A DNA stretch of 64,000 nt from the human T2T-CHM13v2.0 reference genome, Homo sapiens: assembly GCF_009914755.1 (NCBI RefSeq), contig NC_060927.1; one strand, written 5' to 3'. This document shows positions 27,495-42,031 of this stretch, one piece after another. The notes below the pieces were generated by a model, which was not told the origin of the DNA, searched no databases, and was given only the letters and a program-made list of their open reading frames with translations. Numbering within the stretch: position 1 is the stretch's first letter; every line of letters begins with the position of its first letter. A program made the position numbers and the translations under genes.

Positions 27495-28514
27495 TTCTAC
27501 ATCAAACTGTATCGATGACCTACCTCAATAGTAAAAAACATTTAAGAATATGCCCTCGATTTATGTGTACTTATTTCCTTAGTCTACATACAAGCAGTTC
27601 TGTACTTACATATTATGATCAGTACATAAAAAATTAAAACATGCACCAAAAAAATAGAAATTAGCGGATATTTGCTGTTGTGTACAATGCACCTCTATAT
27701 GGAGACTGGTCCTTGTGGGTCCCTGGTTATAATTGCATTGCTCCATAAAAGGATTAAAAACGCTGTAGAAACTCCCTTTCCCACTGTGATTAAGTCTTGA
27801 TAAATTAAGCAGAATTGCCTTCTTATGGACCCATTCTATTTCAACCAGTGGTTGTTTTTTTGGTTTTTTTTGCATCAAGTACTTTCCAAAATACTCAGTG
27901 GAGGCTTCGGTATCACTGAGACTTTCTTTTATAAAAGTTAAGGCAGCAAAGCCTAGGGAAATCCGACTTCAGAGAGAATTTCTGAGGGAGCTGCTTCTCT
28001 GATATTCTCCATTCCCTCATTTCTCCCTGAATTCATCTGATCTCTCCATGAGTGAAAGAAGAAACCAATGAATGAATCAGAAAGGAGTGCTTGCCCAACT
28101 TCTCTGTTGTTTTATTGTAGTCTTTGATTCGTGACTTTATGGATGAGTTTTTAATGCTGAAGTTTCAAGATAAGTATCTCTGGAGTTTGATAGTTTGCTT
28201 GCAGTGTTTCTATATTTATTTTGTAGAAAAAAACAGAAGATCAAGAATAAGCAAGGTTTTGTAGTTTTTTTCTTCTTCTTCTTCTTGGAAGGAAAAGCTT
28301 TAAAAAAACTACCGTGGGAAGACATTTTCACCTTCAAAATCTCTGTGAGTTCAGCATTAAAGGAGAAAGCACTTGATTAAGCCATGTAAAAGGTCTATTT
28401 CCTACATTAGTCTGATTAGAAGGATGAGCTGGGGCAGTTTTTGAATATACAGATTTCTTGGCTCCATCCAAGATGTGCTAAATATAATCTTTAGGGAAAA
28501 GAACCAGAAAATTC

Positions 28515-29225
28515 TTTTTTCTTATTTTTTATTGTAAAATACACATACCGTAGTACTTACCATCTTAGCCATTTTTAAGTGTACAGTTTAGTAGCATTAA
28601 GTACATTCATATTGTTGTGCAAATCATCTCCAGAACTCTTCTCATCTTGCAATAGTAAATATCCATACTTTTTAAACAACAACTCCCCTTTTCTCCCTCT
28701 TCCTCGTCTCAGCAACCACCATTCTACTTCTGTCTCCATGAACTTGACTACTGAAAGTAGTCAAATATAAGCGGAATCATACTGTATTTTTCCTTGTATG
28801 TCTGGCTTATTTCACTTAGCATAAAGTCCTCAAGGTATATCTATGTTGCGGCATGGGTTGGAATTTCCTTTTTAAAGCTAAATAATATTTTATTGTATAT
28901 ATACACTACATTTTGTTTTTCTATTCATTGTTGATGGACACTTGGGTTGCTACTACCTTGTGGCTACTGTAAATAATGCTGCTATGCACATGGGTGCACA
29001 AATATCTCTTAGAATCCCTGATTTAAATTTGTTTGGATGTATTCCCAGAATTGAAATTGCTGGATCATACAGTAATTTTAATTCTTTGAGGAACCTCCAT
29101 AACTGTTTTCCACAGCAGGTGTCCTATTTTACATTCACACCAACAGTGAACAAGGGCTTCAGTTTCTATACATCCTCACCAACACTTGTTATTTATTTTT
29201 TATAGTAGCCATCCTAATGGATGTA
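28515..29225 (-). mobile_element. L1MB-like 3' fragment
   Basis: accatcttagccatttttaagtgtacagtt...gtagccatcctaatgg. Confidence 0.85.
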
Positions 29226-29641
29226 AGAGGAAATTTGGTTTTTTAAACAAATAGCTTAGGTGATTTCTATGATCAAGCACATTCTAGACAATGAATGATC
29301 AGAAAATTTAAAAAGAAATTGAAGGCTGATGAAACATTACTTTTATAAGTTTATGACGTTTTCCTGCCCCATTCCCTGGAGGCTTCATGCACAGTGGGGT
29401 GAGACAGCATCTGGAATTTGTATTGACCCTTTCCCAGAAATGCCAAATGGTGTGTTGATTTGGAGCTTCCAATTCAGAATCTGATAACCAGGAGTTTATT
29501 CAGTCTCTGATCTTACTTGCTGTGCTTGCTGTATAATCATGGTCTTAATCTTTCTAAGTTTGAGTTTCTTGAAAATTAGGACTAATGATATCAATTTCCC
29601 AGGGTTGTTTGTAAGGGTTAAACATAACACCACACCTGAAG

Positions 29642-29837
<196 letters not shown>

Positions 29838-31752
29838 TAAAACCTTGGTGATCAGGATCTTAACATTGATAAGCCCATTTTCTTCTCTGTAAAATAGGGA
29901 TAGTAACAAGAACTGTCTGGTTCCTAGTCTGCTAGTTGATATCTGGTATCATTCTCCTCTTTTTTCTCTGTAGGATAACCCAGATGTTATGCTGAATATC
30001 AAATTTCACAGCTGAAAAATATATATCCCAATCTCCCTCACAGGCAGGTGTGGCCTGAAAGTTCTAGATCTTAATAAGCCTCCCAGAGAACTTTCCTCCT
30101 GCCTATCATTTGCTGGTAAAAATGCAGATGTGAAGACTCCAGTAGTCATCTTGGTTCATGTAGTACTCTTGAAAATGGAAGTCACACATGATGAATTAAT
30201 TCCTAATGATACCTCACAAGCTCTGGGCTGATTATTTTTTATCATTTTCTTTAGAAGAAAATTAAACTATTTTTAAGCCTCTGTTATTTCTGCACTAACA
30301 GCTTAATGCAATTCCTAATTGACACACTACCTCATAGGGTTATTATAAGGATAAGATTAGATAAAACATACAATGCACTTAAAATAGTGCCTGGCACAAA
30401 TAATGTGCTTTAAAAATGATCAATTTTGTTTAAACTTGGCTTGGATTCCATAGGACGTTAACAAAAAGATCAGGCTGAAAGTCTAGATTCTTCTCTGTAC
30501 TGTGGACAACATGGTTATCAATGAGATTAAGAGACAACTAGAGTAAAAACAAAAGAAAAGAAAAGAAAAGAAAACAACAGAAGCTCTATTAACTGACCTC
30601 TAACCAATACAACAGGTTAACTGATGTTCTCCATTCTGTATATAAAAATCCCAGTGGACACCCACAACACAGGCTTCAGGCTTGTAGGACACTTTCTAGT
30701 TCATCTGAGCACTTTTGTTCTCAGCAGTTGAGCTGTATACTTAGCAACATTTGGTGCTTCCAAACCCATTTGTGCCTGTAGCACTTACTGTTGAAATACA
30801 TAATTTAATTCAATATTATATAAAGGAATGGAACACGAGTTGGAGAAGAAAAAGAGTTAAATCTGAAGGTTAGGTAAAAAGAGCAACTTCTTTTCTCTGT
30901 TTTGCAGGTTGGCAAAATCATTTAAAAACAATTGGAAGTATTATATGTTCTGCATTAAGTTGTCATTTTACTTAAAAACTAGGCATCAAAGATGATGCAT
31001 AATAAATTTAGTGTATGCAAGAATGACTGCTTGGGACCTCAATATATGAATTCTTAATCCAAGGAAAGTCCTTGGCCTTACATTTCAAAGTCGGCAAATA
31101 AGTGTACGTTTCATTGATTTTAGTTAGACTGAAATGTATACAAGATGCGTGGATCAAGTTGTCATTTATTGCTTCCACCGAGTTTTCCAACTAACCTACC
31201 AACTAACTTTCTTGATCATTTTGAATGATCCACAGTCCACACTGCTGCAGGCATGGCCCGAGGACAGGTATCTAAAACAACTCAGGTTTGATTGTGAGGG
31301 TGGAGAAAGACACATGCTCTCCAGGCTCACATGTGGATCAAGAAAGAAAGGAAACCAAGAAAGGAATTTACATGAAAGCAAGTTAGGCAATGCCAAACTT
31401 CCTTCACAGGCTTAAAAGGAAAAGTGATCTGTGCAGATAGTGATTTCAGAAGCGTCCTTTGAAGTGCTTCTGTTTATTCTGCAGGATTTTCTCACTTGCC
31501 TCTTGAAATAACAACCTATAGTGAACCTTCTTTCCCTGAAGCAAAAAAAAAAAAAAAAAAAAAAAAAAGACAAACAACAGACCTTCTCAAATCAAATATC
31601 ACTGTGTCTGTGGTTTGGCTAAAGGATACCAAAAGTTGTTCCCCAGTGAGACATGCAAGGAGGGTAGCAAGGCCTACCCTTTTACCCAGAAAGATCAGCG
31701 TTAACGAGAATCAGTTGTAAATGTGAATAAATTAGGAAAACAGCCAGGATAT

Positions 31753-32203
31753 TGTGGTAGATAGTTGCCAAGATGGCCTTCCAGAAGACGCTGTTTCTAA
31801 TATTGAGTAGTTGACTGTAATTCCTCTCCCCTTCAACCTGGGCTGTCCTGAGTGCTTCCTTGACCAATAAAATGATAGAGAAGTCTGAACTTCCAAGACT
31901 AGGTCGTATGAAATCTTGCAGCTTCCTTTAGTATCTTGCAATGGTCCCTATGGGCTGTTTCTTGTCAAAAGCTAGTCTCAATGCTCTGAGAAGCCCAAGC
32001 CACCTGGAGAGGTTACGTGTAGGTTCTCCATTTAACAGACTTAATGGGCTTTCAGGCAACAGCAGCATCAACTGCCAGTCCTACAAGTAAGCCATCTTAG
32101 ATGTGTCCATCCAGCCCAGTTGAACCTTTAGATGACCAAAGATGAAATCAAGATACTGTGTTGTTTTGAGCCACCTAATTTTGAGTGAAAGATAACTGGA
32201 ACA
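31753..32203 (+). mobile_element. MLT1 (G/H-like) solo LTR
   Basis: TGTGGTAG...GATAACTGGAACA; TSD GATAT/GATGT. Confidence 0.75.
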
Positions 32204-34262
32204 GATGTTGTCAAGCACAGTGGTTAAGAATATGGGACCCAAGTGTCAAGACTGGGTTGATGTGAGTCCTGGCTCTGCCGTAATTATGCATGTAAATTTA
32301 CACAGTTCCTTAACCCTTCTGTGTCATTTTCTTCTCTATGGTGGGGGTGATACCATTACCTATATCATGGGGTGGTCCTTAGGACAACATATGATTATAC
32401 TGCATATAAATAATATAACATACAGTAAGATTCTATCCCCACAACACCATCATCATCATCATTACTATTACCATCAATGCTACTACTACTGCTGTTGTTA
32501 CTTCTTGTCAGCTTTTAGTAGAGAGAGAGAGACCTTTGAACTGCCTTCATGAAAAAGCCCAGTGGAAAAAAGAAAATGGCCACTTGGTACAGTGCTTAGA
32601 ATGATGCCTTGTACATTGTAAGTGTTTGGCATGTATTAGACATGATTATAATACCACCTTTTTTCTGATTGCCAATGTCCTTGGCTAAACTATTTCAGTA
32701 CTCTACCAGCTAATCATGCTTTCAAGATATGTTCTAGATGCTTTATCATCTCTAAGGCAGTGGTTCTAAGAATTAACCCAACTTTAATTCTTTAACATAT
32801 GTCCACTCATTCATTAATGCATTCTGGTTAGTAGGCCACTGGAATGTCAGCAACATGGCAGACATTATGATAGATAATAGCAATATGGCAAGGCTGGTAG
32901 GAAGATATTTAAAAGGTAATTGTTAGAAGAGCAAGACACACCTATGACTGTGCACATTACAATAATCTAATGTGGTCTAAGATTGAGAGGTATCAAGAAA
33001 CTCTTTCCTAGCCAAGCTAAGACATAAAGGAAGGATGAGTAGAAATATGTCAGTTGGGAGGGTGGAAGGGTGGGAGGTTGGTAATGTGCCTGGCAGAAGA
33101 ATCAGCCTGAGCAAATGTCCTAAGCTAGGAAACAGCCTGGTTCCTTCCAGGAAACAAAAGTAGACAGAGTGTGCTGAATGGGAAATGATCTTGCAAGGAG
33201 CCTGAAATGACAAGTGGAGTACTCACAAAGGACCTTCCACAATCAGAGGAGGATCCTGACTTTATCCTATTTGGATATATAATAAAGTCTTTGCAGTAGC
33301 GGAATGACACAGGCAGAATGGTTTTGTGTTTGTTCATTTGTTTCTTAGTACAGCTTTGACTGCTGTGCATAGAAATAGCTGTAGCCCAGGTGGAAGAGGA
33401 TATTAGCTTGCCCTTGGGAGTGATGGCATGGATAGAGAAAAATGCTCAGCAGTCATTGCTACAGGAAAATTATCTCTACCTGGTAACCCACTAATTGAAC
33501 TTTTTCCAAAGGATCCACTTGGATCTGATGCTACTCTGGGGAGAATAGGTGACTTCCATTACTAACTCTTTGCTTGATACTAAGTACATTCTTTACCAAC
33601 GTAGCTTGAGGCACTTGGTATTGTCAAATAGTTAAGAGATTCTAGATCAGAGTTTGATCCTAGCTGGGCAATTACTGGTTGTTGTATAACTTTTTGCTTC
33701 TTTTTCCTCATCTGTCAAATGGGCATAAGGATAGTGTCTACCTCATGAAGTTGCAATGAGGATGAAAAGTATGAAAAGTATTTATAATAGCACCTGGAAT
33801 GGAGAAAGTCCTCAATAATTATTATATTATTTTGTAATCATTTAATCCACACATATGTATTGATCCAGGCACTGGGGATGCAAAGATGAATTAGTCAATG
33901 TCCCCACTCTCAAAGATACATCTAGGAGGCAGGGTTATAAATCACAGAGATTAAACGTAAGCTGGGGGCTAAGAACAATGCCACAGCCGTGCAAAATATG
34001 AATACCAAATTACAAAAGCATATTGTGGCTAAGTGGGTCTGAGTATCTGCATTTCCTTAAAGCAGAGAAATTTATTATTTTAAGGAAAAAAGACCATGTC
34101 TGACCTTGGCTGAAAACATGGTAATTACAGAGCCCAAGATGTCACTGAAAATGCAAGACAGCTTGAGGGCACAAAGATAGTTTTCCTTCGAAGGCTGATT
34201 CAAGTAGAGGATTAGAAAAAGGCTATTTGGGATTATAAAAATTCCTCCCAAAGCCGTTTGGT

Positions 34263-34264
<2 letters not shown>

Positions 34265-34295
<31 letters not shown>

Positions 34296-34308
34296 AGAGA
34301 GAGAGAGA
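34265..34308. repeat. Poly-T (about 30) followed by (GA)n
   Basis: Direct read. Confidence 0.9.
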
Positions 34309-35762
34309 AAACTATTTTAGTGGCCACCATGTAGAAAGAAACATTTGAAGTAATTCTTGTGTATAGAGGGTTGGCTGCCAGCGTGATTGACTAAAATGGT
34401 CTTCAGGGACTTTCATGAGTAAAGGAGATGTATTTTTTAACATTTACTGGGAAATGGAGCTTTGAAAGCCTGTCTCCAGCAAAAGGGATTTTTGACATGT
34501 ATAGGCTGGGGCCTAGAAGTAAATTTTCTCTCTCCTACTTTTGCAAAAGTCTTTTCCCTTTATCCTGGTAGAAACTAAAGTAGTCAACTTCTTGTCATTA
34601 AAATGGAACTGGAGAAATCATCGAAGAGATACGATTTTTCCTTACTCTTTTAAAGCAGCCTAGGTATTAAAATATCTTCTGAGATCTGTGCAGAATTTTC
34701 ATTTATACTAAACAACTCATTTTGTTTGTCAGGGACAAACTAATATGAATAACAAATATCTAGGGTAGAATTTTTCATAGAAACTCTTTATATGTTAGAA
34801 GAAAAAAAAAAAGCTACTTACTGCTTATTGATGCATTCAAATCATTCTTAAGCCTGCCATTGCCAAAATGGCAGACTGAACCAAACCTTGAATTCTTAGT
34901 AGAGAGGGTATTTTTGCTTTTTGTTTTTGTTTATTGTTTGGAGCTAGCTTGCTTGTTTGTTTTCTTTCTTTCTGTCTTCCTTTTTTTTTTTTTTTTTGAG
35001 AAGACATGCTACAAACTAAAATTTCTGAATTCACGTTTTAAATGTAGATCATAAATATCTTCAATTTAACCATGAAAAGGTAAGCTAAAATACACTTTAT
35101 TTTATGTATTTATTTATCTTATGGGCAAGGGCCAGGCTGTGAGCCAGTGTGCGGTGAGTGAACCCCACCAAAAACACATTTTAAAGTTCTAGTAGAACTA
35201 AGGTATTATTTGATAAAACCCCATTAGTTTTATAGTAGCAGAAATAAACGTATGAATAATGGAGGTGACTTTTCTAATATCTCACAGGTAGTTATTAGAA
35301 GCAAAGGGAAGTTTTGAAAATGTATGTCTGTCAAGATTCTCTTGGTTATCAGTGACAGAAAACCCAATTCAAACTGGATTTTTTTTTCTTTTCCTTTTTT
35401 TTTTTTTTTAAGAAGCAGGAAGGAATTGTAGTCTTATATTCAAGTAAAGTCCAGGGATAAAGCTTATTAGTGAGGGAAGCAGACTGCAAGTACACGATAA
35501 TAAACCACAGGTTTTCTTAAGGCATAGCCTCAAATGATGCCATCTGTGCTCAGTTTCCATCCCATTCCATCCCATCTTTTGGTTGTGCCTTCTACTATGT
35601 TGGCTTCCTTCCTAGGCTCTTTGACATGGCTCTAAACAACTCCAAGCTCACATTTTTTCTGGGTTTGAGTGCCAATGGAGGAAATCTGTCTCTTTAGGTG
35701 AGTCATGGGATCAGCTTGGTTTGGGTTAATGGGCTTGGCTTAAGTCATGTTGTGTTCTAATC

Positions 35763-36264
35763 CAGTGCTTTTCAAACTCTCCATCATGAAGGACCTTTTT
35801 ATTCTTCTTAAAAAATACCCAATCTGTCATGGGCCGATACTTTTGTAAAATACAATAAAAATGAATTAGCATGAAAATAAAATGAAAGGACATAAAATAT
35901 AAGCCCAAATTCTTTGTTTTTAGACTTCTCAGACATAAAATTCCCTGCCCAATTGTTATAAAACTTCTTAATGTCTGTACTTGTTACAGACCAGCAATAA
36001 CAAACAGATAATCACCCTTTGAGGAGCAGTACTCTAAACTAGGAGTCAGCAAGCAACAATCCACTGACTAAGTCTGGTCCACCGCTAGTTTTTAATAAAG
36101 TTTTATTGTAACTTAGTCACTCCCATTTGTTTATATATCATCTATGCTGCTTTTGTGATGTCATGACAGAATTGAGTAGCTGTGACAATGAGTATGTGAC
36201 GTACAAGGCTGAAATATTTATTATCTGGTCTTTTATGGAAAAAAAAAAAGTTTGCCAATTCCTA
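35763..36264. mobile_element. Two abutting hAT elements (Charlie-type 35763-36031; MER58A 36040-36264) inside an MLT1 LTR
   Basis: cagtgct...gcagta termini; taggagtcagcaa...aataaagttttattg...aaagtttgccaattccta MER58A. Confidence 0.7.
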
Positions 36265-36415
36265 CCCTAAGCAATCAGTGTGACCAGAAGATCACGATTT
36301 ATGATTAATCAAGATGAAGGCACACCCCCACTTCAGAAGCTCATGAACAGAGAGTAGAAACTAGATGATTCTCCAAAGGAAATTGAGATTCAGCTATCAA
36401 AAGAGGGGGAAAATG

Positions 36416-36706
36416 GGCCAGGCATGGTGGCTCACACCTGTAATCCCAGCACTTTGGGAGCCTGAGGTGAGTGAATCACTTGAGAGCAACCTGGCCAACA
36501 TGTTGAAATCCTGGCTCTACTAAAAATACAAAAAAAATTAGCCAGGCATGGTGGCAAGCGCCTATAGTCCCAGCTACTCGGGAGGCTGAGGCACGAGAAT
36601 CACTTGAATCCAGGAGGAAGAGGTCGTAGTGAGCTGAGATCATGACACTGCACCCCAGCCTGTGTAGCAGAGTGAGACCCTGTCTGAAAAAAAAAAAAAA
36701 AAAAAA
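36416..36706 (+). mobile_element. Alu (old S/J) with a short left-arm deletion
   Basis: cacttgag|agcaacctggccaac lacks the gtcaggagttc B-box segment; TSD core GGGAAAATG. Confidence 0.9.
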
Positions 36707-38374
36707 GGGAAAATGTTTTAGGGAGCCAAAAATCTGTAAATACCTAGTTCCAAACTTAGATCTTTTTACTCTTAATTCTCTCATCTTTTGCTGACTCTAT
36801 TGAAAATTGAATTACTGTATAAAATGAATACTGCGAAGTCAAACCATGCCTTAAGTGAATGCAGGTCATAACCAAGGCTTGACAGAATTTGTCATCTCAA
36901 ATCCTTTGAGGAAAAAAGCCACGGAATATGCAAAGCAACAAATAAATAATTTGAAAATGTTATTAAAATAAGAGAATTGATAATACCTACCATGAGAGTG
37001 TATAAAATAATCATCCTTATAAAATACTTACTTAACTCTACTTTCCAGAAATGGAAATGAAAACTATTTGGAAATTATGTTTGTTTACCAAATATTTAAT
37101 CAATATATACCATGAATATCTAAACACTGTGCTAAATGCGGGAACCACAAGAGTGATGACAGTGGACAGGTAAGTTGCAGAGAGTTGGAAGGATAGACAA
37201 AACTGTGGTCAGTGGATAATTTACAAACTGCAGGTTATAATTAGGCTATTAATTGACCATAGCCAAAAGGAGAAGAAATAGAAATTAGTAATGGGGGAAT
37301 GAATCTCTTTTAGCAAGGACAGTATCCAGGAGAAAGTGATATTGAAGCCATGTCCCATAAGAAAGAGGAGGAGCAACTAGCCAACAGAAGTGTAGTTTGG
37401 ACACAGCGTAGAGACGTGTAGTGTGGACATGCATAAGAAAAGCAGGTGCCGAGGCCCTCTGGCAGGAAAATCTTGATCTCCTCCAGGAAAGAAAATCAAA
37501 GTAAGCTAGAAGAAAAATAATCCAAACTATTTGGGAGGTTAGAAACCCAATTATTCAAGCTGGGCCTTAGTACATGGAAATTCTTTACTGATTTGGCAAA
37601 GTGAGAAAACCTTGAAGGGCTTTCAAGCAAGTGGAGGACGTAGTTTAATTTACTTTTTATAATACTATTTTTGCTCTCTTATATTAAATGAGTAATAATC
37701 ATGATATAATGGTTGCTTCATAGCAAGGGCATCATTCTAAGCAATTTAAACATATTAAGTTACTTAATCTTCATAGCAACCCTATAATTAATTCTGTTTT
37801 ACAGATAAGGTTTATAATTACTCTTTTTATTGCTTACTCAGAAAATTAAATTTGAGCCTTCTTGTGCTTTAGAACACACAGAAAAAAAAAGACTTTCACC
37901 AAACACAAAATAGTTACTTATGAAACCTCAGCTGCCATGCCCAAATATACTATTTTGGGCATTAATATCCTAATTATTTCAGACCATTGATGGATTACTA
38001 AAAATTGACAAACTGGGTAGAAACTGATTATTTTTCTGGAAACACAGATGAATGTAGACAGTCATACTAATAATCACAGACAATAGACACCATGTCAATA
38101 CTACCAATATAGCAGATTATGAGAAATTAGAGTTATTTCAGAGAGGACCCAGTTATTTTTTCTGCTTGCCTATCCCCCCCTGATTCTCCCCAGCCCCATG
38201 TACTTTTGATCTGCCACATTCACCTTCACCCTCCCAAGTAAAACAGCTCCTTCTTAATACTCTGAGACACAATATGCAAAGAGCTATGGCATCATCTATA
38301 ACAGTTTTGACCAGGTCTGAAGATTTTCCCCACAAAAGACACAAAACCAAGCATCATTCTAAGATTCTAAAGTA

Positions 38375-39245
38375 TTGAAGACATGTATTCAGACCAACAC
38401 TCTTACACAAATGTTCACAGCAGCACTATTCATAATCCCCAAAGGGTGGAAACAGCCCAAATGCCCACCAGCGGGGGAATAGCTAAACAAAATGTGATGT
38501 ATCCATGCAATGGAATATTATTCTGCCATAAAAAGGAATGATGTATAGCCCAAGTATCCCTAATCCAAAAATCCATAATCTGACCTACTCTGAAGTTTGA
38601 AGTGTTTTGAGTGCCAGCATGACAGCACAAGTGGAAAGTTCCATACTTGATCTCATGTGACAAGTCAAGTGAGTCGAAATGCAGATTAACAACACACATA
38701 GATTATTTAGTGTCCCCAAGGGAAAAATAAAATTACCTTCAGGCTGTGTATAAGGTGCACATAAAACATGCATAGGTTTTGTGTTTGGATTTAGGTCCCA
38801 TCCCCACAGTATCTCATTATGTATGTACAAGTACTGCAAAACCCAAAAAACCTGAAATCTGTAACACTTCTTGTCACAAGCATTTCAAATAAGGGATACT
38901 TAGCCTGCACTAAAATGAATGAACTTGAAAAACCTGCTATGTGAATGAAGCCAGGTGCAAAAGGCCACATATTGTATGATTCCACTGATATGAAATGTCC
39001 AGAATAGGTAAATCCATAGAGATAGAAAGCAAACTAGAGGTCAATAGGGGCTGTGAGGAGAGGAAAATGATGATGCTTAATTCGAAGAGGGTTTCCTTTT
39101 GGGATCCTGAAAATGTTCTGGAATTAACTTGTGGCAATGACTTGACATTGTGAATATACTCAAAGCCACTGATTTGTACACTTTAAAATACTTGAAGTCA
39201 TGAGTTTTAGTTATGTGAATTTTACCGAATCGTTTTTTGAAAAAT
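38375..39245 (+). mobile_element. L1MB 3' fragment split by a Tigger4/Zombi-type element (~38545-38908)
   Basis: aaatgttcacagcagcactattcataat...; agtatccctaatccaaaaatcc...catttcaaataagggatact Tigger4 termini. Confidence 0.8.
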
Positions 39246-40939
39246 CATTCCTAGTAGGGAGGCCTTTCTGATGAAAACCTATTAAGTTTCCATTTCTCCA
39301 GGAAAGGGCATCATTTTCTAATAATATTTTGGAAAGAGAGTTAATGGAACAGCATTCATAGATTTATTTTTATATTTGAACAAAATGCTTAATGCTAAGA
39401 GAACGATTAAGTAAAAAGATGATGATAATTATAATGACAATTACCTTGATCATCATCATTATATTATCATAATCATATAATTTGGATAAACTTGGGAACC
39501 ACAGAAATAATTAATCCAATGTACACAAACTGAATTTTAGTGCATACCTAATTGACTGCTTTTTTGGAGGATTATATATTTTTAAAGCATAATATACGTG
39601 GAGAAGGGACAAGAAAAAGGCTAATAATCACATTTTAGTCTTATTTATGTATAACCAAATATAAAGCAAAGGGTAAATATTTCCAGCCTTGGAGTTTGTA
39701 TGTCCCCTTAGTCTGTCGTAAACATTATTCCATAAGGATCTTTCTTTCCCATAAAACCTAGTCCCTCTTGCCCAGCTCTCTGAGTTGAGCCACAGAGAAA
39801 CTGCTTGCTAGACCTTTGTGTTGAAAGCCAGCAGGGCCCCTTAGCTGCCATCCTAACATGAATTGCTCCAAGCACAAATTGTTCCCAGAGCAAGCACTAT
39901 GCATTTGCCTGCAACGGCCCCATGAGGGGTCTCCCTAGACTCTGGCATGCATTCCTGGAGCATCTTAACTAGGGCTGATACCATGATCCAAGCATGACAG
40001 CCACATTGTTCCTACATTGTCTGCCACTGGAGCTTTAAATTGATTTGATTAGTTTCACCTGGTCCACACAGGCACACAATTGTAAGAGATCTGCAGCTAT
40101 CCCTGTCATGTCACTATGTATCAAGTGTCCTCATATCTGACTCAGCCCCTTAACACAGAAAAGGAATCCTTTACCAAATCAAAATTGTACCTCACCTTTT
40201 TCTTATCCCCTCACCACAAATTTACCATCCAACCTCTTAACAGTTAAGCTAATGAGCTTTAAAATATTCCCCATCTGCAGCAACAAAAATATCAATGTTC
40301 AGTAAAAGTAAAAGTCTCTCCAAAAGTAGTGGGGCCAGGTTTCAACCTGTGCTATGGTACACAGATGTACCATGACCCTTTCAAAGGGATCAAAGTATGA
40401 TCAAGAATGCAAGTTATTCCTGCTAAAAGTGAGGAGGGTATCTACTCAGAAACAAGTTTATAAGAAAAGGTTGTCAGATTGTAACATTTGTGGGCATGCA
40501 GAATGGTAAGAACAGAGTGTGTCTTGTTGCGAGTAGGGGTGAGAAGTATGGCAGCCTATTAAGCAGACACCAAAGATCAAAGCATGTTTGCTGAAATGTG
40601 CAAGAGCTACCTCCTGAGTATGTAAAACTGCAGCCAGGTCAGTAAATTGTTCTACTCAAACAGGGACAAGGTTTCGGAGGATAATCAAGTGGATAATAAT
40701 AAGTAACTGTGGAGAGAGAAACATTTTACACTTTTCAAGTGTTCAACCAAACACAAAAAGTTACAAACTACTGTCCTGGGAATAGTCACATATGATGCAA
40801 GCTGTATTCTTCTAAAGTCTTTAGCTTTTTATCTTTTAACAGCTTCTCTTACACTCATTGGCATTGTGAGCATGGTTGTAACCTTATAATCACATTATGC
40901 AAGTTTAAGGGTCACATTTTAAATTCATCTCTGTTACTT

Positions 40940-41990
40940 TGTATTACTTTTCTATTTCTGCAAACCACATTACACAAATCTAGCACTTAAAACAATGCAC
41001 ATTAGTAACTCAAAATGTTTGTGTGTCAGAAGTTCAGGAATGTCCTAGCTGAATCCTCCTCTCAATGTCTTACCAGGGTGCAATCAGTGCCAGCTGGGCT
41101 GTGTTCTCATCTGGAGGCTTAACTATGGAAGATTCCATTTCCAAGCTCCTTCAGGCTGTTGGCAGAAATTATTTCCTTGCAGATGTATGACTGGGGACCC
41201 AGCTTGTTCCTGGCTGCCAGATGGAGCCTGCTCAACATCCTAGAAGCTACTTGCAATTCCCTGCCACATGACCCCTCCCACAGGCAGTTTGCAACATGGT
41301 GGTTTGCTTCTTCAAGGCCAGCAAGAAAATCTCTTTAGTCTACCAAGAAGGAGTCTTATACAATAAAACAATCATGGGAGTGGCATTCCCATCACCAGTG
41401 CCATATTCTATTTCTTTTTTTTTTTTATTATTATTATACTTTAAGTTCTGGGATACTTGTACAGGACATGCAGGTTTGTTACATAGATATACATGTGCCA
41501 TGATGGTTTGCTGCACCCATCAACCCGTCATCTACATGAGGTTATTTCTCCTAATGCTATCCCTCCCCTACCTCCCCACCTCCTGATAGGCCCCAGTGCA
41601 TGATGTTCCCCCCTCTGTGTCCATGTGTTCTCATTTTTCAACTCCCATTTATGAGTGAGAACATCTGGTGTTGGGTTTTCTGTTCTTGTGTTAGTTTGCT
41701 GAGAATGATAGTTTCCAGCTTCATCCATGTACCTGCAAAGGACATGAACTCATCCTTTTTATAGCTGCATAGTATTCCATGGTGTATATATGCCACATTT
41801 TCTTTATCCAGTCTATCACTGATGGACATTTGGGTTGGTTCCAAGTCTTTGCTATTGTGAACACAGTGGCATTCCCATCACCAGTGCCACATTCTATTTC
41901 TTAAAACTGACTCACAGGTCCTGCCCACACTTAAGCAGAGATGACCCAAGGACATAAATCATTAGGGGTCACCTTAGGGTGTGTTCAACA
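40940..41990 (-). mobile_element. MLT1 LTR interrupted by an L1PA
   Basis: ttctcatctggaggct...ttccaagctccttcaggctgttggcagaa...ggtcctgcccacact. Confidence 0.75.
41417..41864 (-). mobile_element. 5'-truncated L1PA (PA6/PA7-like) with 38-bp TSD
   Basis: L1PA 3' UTR on minus strand; direct repeat 41379-41416 / 41865-41902. Confidence 0.95.
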
Positions 41991-42031
41991 CACACACACA
42001 CAGAGACACACACACACACACACACACACAC
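41989..42031. repeat. (CA)n interrupted by GAGA
   Basis: Direct read. Confidence 0.92.

Noticed and set aside
30480-31000. Possible processed-pseudogene or 3' UTR fragment
   Set aside because: No recognisable parent gene, ORF or TSD
32205-32552. 115-aa ORF with His/Tyr/Cys runs
   Set aside because: MIR plus CAT/TAC/TGC simple repeats
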